Shown: one piece after another, positions 8,619-16,252 of the stretch
How the letters are laid out: the number at the start of each line of letters is the position of its first letter
Numbering within the stretch: position 1 is the first letter of the stretch
NCBI GenBank assembly: GCA_003560455.1
Contig: PWIL01000034.1
Location: forward strand, 1 to 34,754
Reading direction: 5' to 3'
DNA length: 34,754 bases
Source of the DNA: Mollicutes bacterium
Lineage (GTDB): Bacteria; Bacillota_I; Bacilli_A; RF39; UBA660
Notes under the pieces: model-generated
What the model saw: only the letters and a program-made list of their open reading frames with translations
What the model was told of the DNA's origin: nothing
Database searches by the model: none
Made by a program: the position numbers and the translations under genes

Positions 8619-9503
8619 ATGAAAAAAGGTTTTACATTAGTTGAAATGTTAGCAGTCATTGTGATTTTAGCATTATTGGTTATTTTGGTTATTCCCGCGG
8701 TATCGAATATTATTAGTAATTCGCGAACAAGATTGTATGATGTGCAAATCAAAAATATTGAGTTAGCAGCAAAAAATTGGGGAGCCGAAAATGTTGGAAT
8801 GCTACCAAGTGAAGAAGGCGGTAGTATTACTATTTATTTATATAATTTAAAAATGGGTGGCTTTATTGAAGATGACATTTTAGACCCGCTTTCTGGTGAA
8901 GAATTTCCGAATGATATTCAAATTGAGATAACTCGCGAACGCAATAGTTTTAAATATTTTGTATTAACTGATACGGGAACGCCAGGCGGGATTACTGGTT
9001 ATGATGAAATAGTTATTATTTTGATTGGTGCAACTGAAGATACGGTTGAAATTAATAGTGGTTTTCCCGGCGTCGGGCCTGATGATATTGTTGCCTATGC
9101 GGCAGATGGAACAATAATTGCTAATGCCTATATTTCTATTACCATAACCGAAAATGGCAGTCCAGTTGGCAGTGTTGATGTAACTGGATTTAATGATTAT
9201 GAAATATTATATGAAGTTAACTTTGGGGGCAAATCAGCTAGCGTTGAACGGACATTAGAAGTAGTTGATACAACACCACCAGAATTAATTGTCCCACCTG
9301 AAACAACGATTTCAGCTGCTGAATGTAATGCTCCGTATGATTTAGAAACAGATATTTTAGTTAGTGATAATAGTGGCTCATATAATCTTGAAATTAATGG
9401 TAGTCTTAATTGTACCGCGCCTTCAACGAATGTGATTGAATATGTGGCTACTGACGCTAGTGATAATGAAACAATTCGTGAACGAACAATTTATGTCGAG
9501 TAA
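8619..9503 (+). CDS. Prepilin-type N-terminal cleavage/methylation domain protein with a C-terminal Ig-like (DUF5011/HYR-like) module (modular pilin/pseudopilin)
   Basis: MKKGFTLVEMLAVIVILALLVILVIP is a class-III signal: G|FTLxE with E at +5, then a hydrophobic helix. The C-terminus DTTPPELIVPPETTISAAE...VIEYVATDASDNETIRERTIYV resembles DUF5011-type Ig-like domains. ATG 8619 follows AGGTGA. Confidence 0.8.
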   Translation: MKKGFTLVEMLAVIVILALLVILVIPAVSNIISNSRTRLYDVQIKNIELAAKNWGAENVGMLPSEEGGSITIYLYNLKMGGFIEDDILDPLSGEEFPNDIQIEITRERNSFKYFVLTDTGTPGGITGYDEIVIILIGATEDTVEINSGFPGVGPDDIVAYAADGTIIANAYISITITENGSPVGSVDVTGFNDYEILYEVNFGGKSASVERTLEVVDTTPPELIVPPETTISAAECNAPYDLETDILVSDNSGSYNLEINGSLNCTAPSTNVIEYVATDASDNETIRERTIYVE

Positions 9504-10630
9504 AAAGGATTTTTATCCTTTTTTTCTTGGGTGATATTAATAATCATCCCAACTAAGAAAAAATAACTTAGTAAGCTAGACCCCCCAGCACTAATAAAGG
9601 GAAGAGTAATTCCGGTTAGGGGCAGAAGGCCAAAAGTCATACCGATATTTTGGACTTGTTGATAAAATAAAATCCCAATAAAACCAGCAATTAAATATTG
9701 GTTTTTTTGTTTGGTAGTTAAGGCTATTTTGATCAGTAAATAATAAAACCAACCAAAAATAAGAAAAAGTAAAATAATGCCAATAAAACCAAAATTATTC
9801 GCAAAAACGGCAAAAATAAAATCAGTTTGTGGTTCTGGAAAATAAGGAGCAGTTTTCCCAATACCACTACCGGTTAAATGACCAGCACTAATTGCAATTT
9901 GGCCATGTTCTAATTGAAAACCAGCTTGTGATTGCCAATCTAAAAGCCGATCAACTCTTAAGAAAAAGTCAGTTCCAAGGAGCTTAATAAATAAATCGGT
10001 ATTCCAAAAAAATAAACTTAAAATAGTTGTAATTAATGCCACAAATGCGCCACTTAAATAAAAAAACCAGCGTAATCTAATGCCACTAATAAAAAGAATG
10101 ATTATTGTTGAAAATAAATAAATAATAACTATTCCAGTATCGGGCTGTAATAAAGTTAAAAGACTTGGAATACTAACAATTAAGAATATTTTAACTAAAA
10201 AAACAAACTCTTCTTTTGGTGTTGGTCGCTGATGCTTTTGATTAAAATTTGCAATTAAATTAGCGATTAATAAAATAAGAATAATTTTCATAAATTCGCT
10301 TGGTTGAAAGGTGCCGATATTAGGAATAATATACCAACGATAAGTATTATTAATTGGTTCGGCAAAAAATAAAAGACCAAGTAATAAAAAATTAAAAATA
10401 ACATATAAACCCCAACTTAAATTAAAAAATATTTTATTCTCGTTGTTCATAATTACTAGTATCAGTCCAAACCCCAATAAATACCAAACAATCTGTCGAT
10501 AAAAAAGATTAATATCAAAAATTGAAAAAGACAATTGGACACTATATAAAGTTATTAAACTAATTAAAAAAAACAAAAACAAAATAATAAAAATATTTTT
10601 ATTGGCCTTAATTTTATTAATTATTTTCAT
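9491..10630 (-). CDS. SEDS-family peptidoglycan glycosyltransferase (FtsW/RodA/SpoVE family)
   Basis: A protein of about 10 TM helices with motifs FQPSEFMKI, QPDTGIVII and TGITLPFISAGGSSLL. I cannot tell from sequence alone whether it is FtsW or RodA. Confidence 0.9.
   Translation of the reverse strand: MKIINKIKANKNIFIILFLFFLISLITLYSVQLSFSIFDINLFYRQIVWYLLGFGLILVIMNNENKIFFNLSWGLYVIFNFLLLGLLFFAEPINNTYRWYIIPNIGTFQPSEFMKIILILLIANLIANFNQKHQRPTPKEEFVFLVKIFLIVSIPSLLTLLQPDTGIVIIYLFSTIIILFISGIRLRWFFYLSGAFVALITTILSLFFWNTDLFIKLLGTDFFLRVDRLLDWQSQAGFQLEHGQIAISAGHLTGSGIGKTAPYFPEPQTDFIFAVFANNFGFIGIILLFLIFGWFYYLLIKIALTTKQKNQYLIAGFIGILFYQQVQNIGMTFGLLPLTGITLPFISAGGSSLLSYFFLVGMIINITQEKKDKNPFYST
9503..9526. terminator. 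Hairpin terminator in the convergent overlap of the pilin-like gene and the SEDS gene
   Basis: AAAAGGAT (9503-9510), loop TTTT, ATCCTTTT (9515-9522), with the T-run continuing to 9525. It lies inside the last codons of the minus-strand ORF. Confidence 0.6.
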
Positions 10631-10681
10631 AATCCTTCACCTAGATTTATCATACCTTAAAAAGGAATAAGTTGCAATTGG

Positions 10682-10710
10682 TTGAGAAATTTTTAAATTT
10701 GTAGTATAAT
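10682..10710 (+). promoter_or_regulatory. sigmaA-type promoter for the EIIB-like gene
   Basis: TTGAGA (10682-10687), a 17-nt spacer, then TATAAT (10705-10710). Confidence 0.6.
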
Positions 10711-10725
10711 GACTTTGGTGATGAA

Positions 10726-11040
10726 ATGGATTATTTAACTTACTTGATAATGATCATTTTTTTATTTGTAATTGCATTAGCAATCGTCCATACCCGTAAA
10801 AAAGATTTTAAAATAAAAGTAAATAAATTGGTTGACTCATTAGGCGGTCAAAATAATATCGTTGATTATGAATTTAACAAATCACGTTTTATCGTGACTT
10901 TAAAAGATGTTAATTTAGCTAATAAGAGTGCAATTCAAAAAATGGGTGCTAAAGGAATAGTTGAAATTGAAAATCAACTTAAAATTATTTTGGACAATAA
11001 TGCGATACAATTAAAAAAATATATCAAAGAATTAAAGTGA
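10726..11040 (+). CDS. Membrane-anchored PTS EIIB(Glc)-like domain protein lacking the phospho-accepting Cys
   Basis: One N-terminal TM helix, then LVDSLGGQNNIVDYEFNKSRFIVTLKDVN....IQKMGAKGIVEI. This aligns by eye with E. coli PtsG-IIB [29 protein letters not shown]...[11 protein letters not shown], and the catalytic C of the 'C-I-T-R-L-R' motif is N here. Confidence 0.65.
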   Translation: MDYLTYLIMIIFLFVIALAIVHTRKKDFKIKVNKLVDSLGGQNNIVDYEFNKSRFIVTLKDVNLANKSAIQKMGAKGIVEIENQLKIILDNNAIQLKKYIKELK

Positions 11041-11064
11041 AAATTCACTTTTTTTCTTTTGTCG

Positions 11065-11073
11065 TGTTATAAT
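11065..11073 (+). promoter_or_regulatory. Extended -10 promoter element (TGtTATAAT) for murG
   Basis: TG at 11065-11066 and TATAAT at 11068-11073. It is preceded by a weak hairpin with a T-run (about 11036-11056) after the EIIB-like gene. Confidence 0.5.
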
Positions 11074-11092
11074 ATTTTTAGGAGGATTGGTT

Positions 11093-12157
11093 ATGCGAAT
11101 AATAATTAGTGCTGGTAGTTCCGGTGGTCATATTTATCCAGCGCTTTCCTTAATAAAAATTATTAAACAACTAAACCCACAAGTTGAATTTTTGTATGTT
11201 GGTCGAAAAGATAGTTTAGAAGAAAAAGAGGTTAAGAGTTATGACATTCCTTTTTTTGCAATTAAAAGCTATGGATTTGATCGAAAAAATAAACTAAAAA
11301 ATCTTCGTTTAATTGGGTTATTTCTTAAAAATTATTTTACTTTACGAAAAAAAATTAAACAATATCAACCAGATGTTGTTTTGGGCTTTGGGGGGCATGT
11401 AACAATACCGGTTATTTTTGTTGCTTCAAAATTAAAAATTAAAACTTACATTCATGAGCAAAATAAAATTATTGGTAAAGCAAATCTTTTTTTAAGCAAA
11501 TATGTTGATGCTATTTTACTTTCATTTCCCGAAACTTTAAAAATACCTAAAAAGGTTAAAACAATTTATACCGGTAATCCGGTTATGGAAAACGCTTTAA
11601 AAATTGAAAAATTTTCCAAAACTGAATTAGGATTAACAAAAAACAAAAAATTAATTTTAATTATGTTGGGTTCACTTGGCGCCCAAAATGTTCATCAATA
11701 TTTAATGGCAAATTTAACAAAACTAACCAGAAACAATTATCAAATTGTTTATGTGACTGGACCGCGCCATTTTGATGAAAAAGCAGCGAATAACATGCCT
11801 AATGATATTATTGTGCTTTCGTATTTCAAAGATTTAGTTAGACTAATGAAAGAAGCTGATTTAATTGTTTCAAGAGCAGGTGCAACTACGTTAGCCGAAC
11901 TAATTGCTTTACGAAAACCAGCATTATTAATCCCCAGTCCCTTTGTTCCGGATAATCATCAAGAATATAACGCTAATTATTTGATCGATAAAAATGCAGC
12001 GGTGCTATTACCAGAAAAAGATTTAGAAAATTTAATTTCTAAAATTGAAAAATTAATTATGGATACTGATTTAATCAAGCAAATGCAAACAAATTTAGGT
12101 AAAATAAAAATTGACAATAGTGGTCAACTTATATATAATGTTTTAAAGCAAGGATAG
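11093..12157 (+). CDS. murG: UDP-N-acetylglucosamine--N-acetylmuramyl-(pentapeptide) pyrophosphoryl-undecaprenol GlcNAc transferase
   Basis: Motifs SAGSSGGHIYPALSL and SRAGATTLAELIALRKPALLIPSP...HQEYNA. ATG 11093 lies 7 nt after AGGAGG. Confidence 0.93.
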   Translation: MRIIISAGSSGGHIYPALSLIKIIKQLNPQVEFLYVGRKDSLEEKEVKSYDIPFFAIKSYGFDRKNKLKNLRLIGLFLKNYFTLRKKIKQYQPDVVLGFGGHVTIPVIFVASKLKIKTYIHEQNKIIGKANLFLSKYVDAILLSFPETLKIPKKVKTIYTGNPVMENALKIEKFSKTELGLTKNKKLILIMLGSLGAQNVHQYLMANLTKLTRNNYQIVYVTGPRHFDEKAANNMPNDIIVLSYFKDLVRLMKEADLIVSRAGATTLAELIALRKPALLIPSPFVPDNHQEYNANYLIDKNAAVLLPEKDLENLISKIEKLIMDTDLIKQMQTNLGKIKIDNSGQLIYNVLKQG

Positions 12158-12166
12158 GGGGAGCAG

Positions 12167-13063
12167 ATGGATTTAACAACAGAATTAGAAAAATTAAATT
12201 GTGGTTTAGTAAAAAAAGAAGAACCATTAACCAAATATACAACTTATCAATTAAAAGGAACAATTAAGAACGTTATTTTTCCGGAAAATATAGAACAATT
12301 AAAAAAACTTTTAAATTTTTTGCGCGAAAAAAAAGAACGGCACTTAGTTATCGGTAGCGGTTCTAATATTATATTTTCAGCTGATTATTATGATGGTGTT
12401 TTAATCAAACTAAATAAATTTCAAGATTTAAAAATCGAAAAAGACAAAGTATTTGTGGAAAGTGGCTATAATTTAAGTAAATTGGCTTATTTATTATCTA
12501 AAAAAGGTTTATTAGGTTTAGAGTTTGCAACCGGAATTCCTGGTACACTTGGTGGCGCTGTTTATATGAATGCTGGTGCTTATGGTTCCGCCATGAATGA
12601 GGTTATTGAAAAAGTTGTTGTTTTAACTCCAAAATTAGAAATAAAAGAACTATCGAATGCTGAACTAAAATTTGCTTATCGGCAATCATTTTTGCAAACA
12701 AACAAAGAATATATTTGTTTAGCGGTTACTCTCCAATTAAAATTTGGTGATATTGAAAATGCCCTAGCATTAATTGCAGATCGTAAACAAAGACGGCTTA
12801 ATTCCCAACCTCTTGATTTTCCAAGTGCTGGTAGTGTCTTTCGTAATCCAGAAAATGATTATGCTGGTCGTTTAATTGAAGAATTAAATTTAAAAGGCTA
12901 TCAAATTGGTGATGCCAAAGTAAGTTGCAAACATGCTAATTTTATTATTAATATTGGCAAAGCAAGTGGTCAAGATGTTCAAAAATTAATTCAGGAAATA
13001 CAAACAAGAGTATTTGAAAAATATGCTGTTAAATTAAAAGTAGAACAAGAAATAATCGAGTAG
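12167..13063 (+). CDS. murB: UDP-N-acetylenolpyruvoylglucosamine reductase
   Basis: FAD-binding region (VIGSGSNIIF), GIPGTLGGAVYMNAGAYG, the catalytic region PSAGSVFRNP, and the C-terminal KHANFIIN. Confidence 0.93.
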   Translation: MDLTTELEKLNCGLVKKEEPLTKYTTYQLKGTIKNVIFPENIEQLKKLLNFLREKKERHLVIGSGSNIIFSADYYDGVLIKLNKFQDLKIEKDKVFVESGYNLSKLAYLLSKKGLLGLEFATGIPGTLGGAVYMNAGAYGSAMNEVIEKVVVLTPKLEIKELSNAELKFAYRQSFLQTNKEYICLAVTLQLKFGDIENALALIADRKQRRLNSQPLDFPSAGSVFRNPENDYAGRLIEELNLKGYQIGDAKVSCKHANFIINIGKASGQDVQKLIQEIQTRVFEKYAVKLKVEQEIIE

Positions 13064-13071
13064 GTGATTAA

Positions 13072-13776
13072 ATGCCCAAGAAAAAAAAACGAGTCAAAAA
13101 AGCAAAAAAAACCAAAAAAATTAATCGCAAAAAGTTCTTTTTAGGATTAGTTGTTTTTTTATTTTTAGGAGTAATCGTTTTTTTAATCGGCCAAATACCA
13201 ACGAGAAATATTTTTATTTCTGGAAATTCATCTTTATCTGACCAAGAAATTATTGCTTTAGCAGAATTAGAAGATTATCCAAAACTTTTATTTTCTCGTA
13301 GTAGTGAAATTCGGCAAAAATTAATTAACGATGATTATATTTTAGAAGCCAAAGTTAAGAGACAAAGATTTATCGAGTTACATATTGAAATAAAAGAAAA
13401 CAAACCGCTTTTTTACATTGACTATGATCAAAAAACTATTTTTATTGATGGCTTAGAAATTGATAAATTTTACAATGTGCCTGTCTTATTAAATTATGTT
13501 CCGCAAGTTGTTTACGAAGGTTTTTTAGATGAATTTAATAAAATTGATGATAATATTCGGGCGAAAATATCGGAAATTCGTTATTATCCAACGGAAATTG
13601 ATGAAGAGCGGTTTTTATTTTATATGGTTGATGGTAATTATGTGTTTGTTAATTTGCAAACAATGTTAGATATAAATGATTATTTAGCCATTATGGAAAA
13701 TATTATTGCTAATTTTGGTTTGAAAAATGGAACTCTTTATTTAGATGCAGGGGGCTATTTTGAAGTAATTGATTAA
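13072..13776 (+). CDS. divIB: Cell division protein DivIB/FtsQ (POTRA-containing)
   Basis: A Lys-rich cytoplasmic N-terminus, one TM helix, then a POTRA-like region (IFISGNSSLSDQEII). Its position between murB and ftsA fits. Confidence 0.8.
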   Translation: MPKKKKRVKKAKKTKKINRKKFFLGLVVFLFLGVIVFLIGQIPTRNIFISGNSSLSDQEIIALAELEDYPKLLFSRSSEIRQKLINDDYILEAKVKRQRFIELHIEIKENKPLFYIDYDQKTIFIDGLEIDKFYNVPVLLNYVPQVVYEGFLDEFNKIDDNIRAKISEIRYYPTEIDEERFLFYMVDGNYVFVNLQTMLDINDYLAIMENIIANFGLKNGTLYLDAGGYFEVID

Positions 13777-13839
13777 AATCTGTCTTTTAATTTTTAAGAA
13801 AGTATAGTATAATAAAAAATGAATATAGGAGATGATAGC

Positions 13840-14997
13840 ATGAGGAAAATTTATACAAGCGTTGACCTTGGTTCTGATTATATCAAAGTCGTTGTTCTTG
13901 AATTACATCATAATAAATTAAATCTTTTAGCCGCTTCCTCTGTTAAATCTTCTGGTATAAAAAAAGGATTAATTACTAATGCAACTGCGGCATTATCTTC
14001 ATTACAAACAGCAATCGAAGAAGTAGAAGGAATCTTACATACTAAAATTAAAAGAGTTTTAACGTCGATTCCGGCTCATAATGCTGAATATATTTATGCT
14101 CAAGGAACAATCAAGATTGAACGGGAAGATAAAAAAATTAATAGTGAAGATATTAATGAAATTTTTCGAAAAGTAATTAAAGATCGGGTGCGGTTTGATT
14201 ATGAATTAATTACAATTCATCCCATTGATTTTACGGTTGATGATCGAACTGAATTAAAAAATCCGAAAGGATTAACTGGCGATGAATTAAGTGGCCGAGT
14301 TATTATTGTTGCTACGCCGAAAAAAAATATTTATTCAGTGGTTAGTTTAATTGAAGCCGCTAATTTAGAAGTAGTTGATGTTTCAATTAATAGTATTGGT
14401 GATAGTTATACTCTAAGAAATGAAAAAACGGCTACTGAAGTAGGGGCGATAGTTAATCTTGGTGCTGAGACAACAACAGTCGCAATTTTTAATAAAGGAA
14501 TTATTACTAATGCTTCAGTTATTCCCTTGGGTAGTCGAAAAATTGATAGTGATATTGCCTATATATTTAAATTATCTTTGCATAATGCTAATAAGTTAAA
14601 AGAAAAATTTTCAACCGCTCATCGTCGCTATGCGTCAGCAGAAAACATTCGTGAAATAGAAAATGTTGATAAAGAAGAAATAAAAATAAATCAATATGAA
14701 TTATCTGAAGTAGTCATGTTTCGAGCGGAAGAAATCTTAAATTTAGTAAAAAAAGAGCTTAAAGCTTTGACTAATAAAAAAATGCAGTATATAATATTAA
14801 CAGGTGGTGGTAGTCATTTAGCAAATATTACCGAGTTAGCAACTAATGTTTTAGAAGAAAAAGTATTGCTTGGTGATGTTAAAGTGGTTGGCGCTCGTAA
14901 TAATAGATTTTCATCAGCAGTGGGCAATATCGTATATTTTATTAATAAGTTAAATCTAAAAGGAAAACAATATTCAATGTTTAGTTCTAGTGATTAA
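13840..14997 (+). CDS. ftsA: Cell division protein FtsA (as written, lacks a C-terminal membrane-targeting helix)
   Basis: Actin-fold motifs: YTSVDLGSDYIKVVV, VNLGAETTTVAIF and ILTGGGSHLANI. ATG 13840 lies 8 nt after AGGAG. The ORF stops at TAA 14995-14997 inside the expected C-terminal linker (see findings). Confidence 0.92.
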   Translation: MRKIYTSVDLGSDYIKVVVLELHHNKLNLLAASSVKSSGIKKGLITNATAALSSLQTAIEEVEGILHTKIKRVLTSIPAHNAEYIYAQGTIKIEREDKKINSEDINEIFRKVIKDRVRFDYELITIHPIDFTVDDRTELKNPKGLTGDELSGRVIIVATPKKNIYSVVSLIEAANLEVVDVSINSIGDSYTLRNEKTATEVGAIVNLGAETTTVAIFNKGIITNASVIPLGSRKIDSDIAYIFKLSLHNANKLKEKFSTAHRRYASAENIREIENVDKEEIKINQYELSEVVMFRAEEILNLVKKELKALTNKKMQYIILTGGGSHLANITELATNVLEEKVLLGDVKVVGARNNRFSSAVGNIVYFINKLNLKGKQYSMFSSSD

Positions 14998-15081
14998 GAT
15001 AAAATTAGCGATGTTCATGGTGATGAAATATTAGGAAGTTCAACATTAGGAAAAGTATTTGGCTTTTTCACAAATGAATAA
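14998..15081 (+). other. In-frame post-stop extension of ftsA encoding a putative amphipathic membrane-targeting helix
   Basis: It reads [27 protein letters not shown], then TAA (15079-15081) embedded in the ftsZ SD. There is no start codon or SD of its own. Confidence 0.5.
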
Positions 15082-15091
15082 GGAGGATTAT

Positions 15092-16156
15092 ATGTTAGGT
15101 TTAGAAATGGATCAGTTGGCAAAAATAAAAGTATTAGGAATTGGTGGTGGTGGTAATAATGCTGTTAATCGCATGATTGAATCCGGAGTTAAAGGGGTTG
15201 AATTTATTGTTGCTAATACTGATTTGCAAGTTTTAAACAATTCAAAGGCACCAATTAAAATTCAATTAGGCGAAGAATTAACTAATGGTTTAGGTGCTGG
15301 TGCGGATCCAGAAATTGGTAAAAATGCAGCACTAGAAACAAAAGAGGAACTAAAAAAAGTTTTAGAAGGCGCGGATATGGTTTTTGTCACTTGTGGTATG
15401 GGTGGCGGAACAGGTACTGGTGCAGCACCGGTTATTGCTGAAATAGCTAATGAAATTGGCGCATTAACAGTTGGTATTGTCACTAAACCATTTTCATTTG
15501 AAGGCAAGAAGAGAATGGAACAAGCTTTAGTTGGTTTAGAAGAATTAAAAAAGCATGTTGATACATTAATTATAATTCCGAATGATCGTTTAAGAGATAT
15601 TATTGATAAATCAACACCATTATTAGAATCGTTTAAAGAAGTTGATAATGTTTTAAGACGTGGTGTTCAGTCTATATCGGATTTAATTGCCGTTGCTGGT
15701 TTAATTAACTTAGATTTCGCTGATGTTAAAGCGGTTATGGAAAAACGTGGAACTGCTTTAATTGGTATTGGGATTGGCGTTGGCGAAGGTCGAGCAATCG
15801 AGGCCTCGCGTGAAGCTGTTTCAAGTCCACTACTTGAAACAAGTATTAATGGCGCAACTGATGCAATTATTAATGTAACAGGTGGTTCTAATTTAACTTT
15901 ATTTGAAGTAGAAGAAGCCGCAGAAGAAATTCGTGCTTCAGCAAATACTGATATTAATACTATTTTTGGAGCAGTTATAAATGAAAATTTGCAAGATGAA
16001 ATTATTGTCACGGTCATTGCAACGGGATTTGATGATGGCGATGAAAATAAAGTTACTTATCATCAACATACAAGACGTGAGGGTTTAAAAGAAGATATTG
16101 AAGAAATCGAAGATGAAGAAGACATCCCCGCGTTTATTCGAAAAGGTAGAATATAA
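15092..16156 (+). CDS. ftsZ: Cell division GTPase FtsZ
   Basis: Motifs [16 protein letters not shown] and [16 protein letters not shown], plus the C-terminal peptide [14 protein letters not shown] 15092 lies 6 nt after AAGGAGG; the ORF-track TTG 15059 start was rejected. Confidence 0.97.
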   Translation: MLGLEMDQLAKIKVLGIGGGGNNAVNRMIESGVKGVEFIVANTDLQVLNNSKAPIKIQLGEELTNGLGAGADPEIGKNAALETKEELKKVLEGADMVFVTCGMGGGTGTGAAPVIAEIANEIGALTVGIVTKPFSFEGKKRMEQALVGLEELKKHVDTLIIIPNDRLRDIIDKSTPLLESFKEVDNVLRRGVQSISDLIAVAGLINLDFADVKAVMEKRGTALIGIGIGVGEGRAIEASREAVSSPLLETSINGATDAIINVTGGSNLTLFEVEEAAEEIRASANTDINTIFGAVINENLQDEIIVTVIATGFDDGDENKVTYHQHTRREGLKEDIEEIEDEEDIPAFIRKGRI

Positions 16157-16163
16157 AAAAATG

Positions 16164-16193
16164 TAAAGTTATTAATTTAACTTTATTTTTTTT
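16164..16193 (+). terminator. Rho-independent terminator after ftsZ
   Basis: TAAAGTTA (16164-16171) / TAACTTTA (16178-16185), then T8 (16186-16193). The stem is AT-rich. Confidence 0.6.
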
Positions 16194-16204
16194 AAAAAAA
16201 AATA

Positions 16205-16213
16205 TGTTATAAT
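16205..16213 (+). promoter_or_regulatory. Extended -10 promoter element (TGtTATAAT) for the GLUG-repeat prepilin gene
   Basis: TG at 16205-16206 and TATAAT at 16208-16213, about 40 nt upstream of SD AAAGGAG (16241-16247). Confidence 0.5.
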
Positions 16214-16252
16214 TAATTTGATAATAAGTTTTAAGAATAAAAAGGAGACTAT

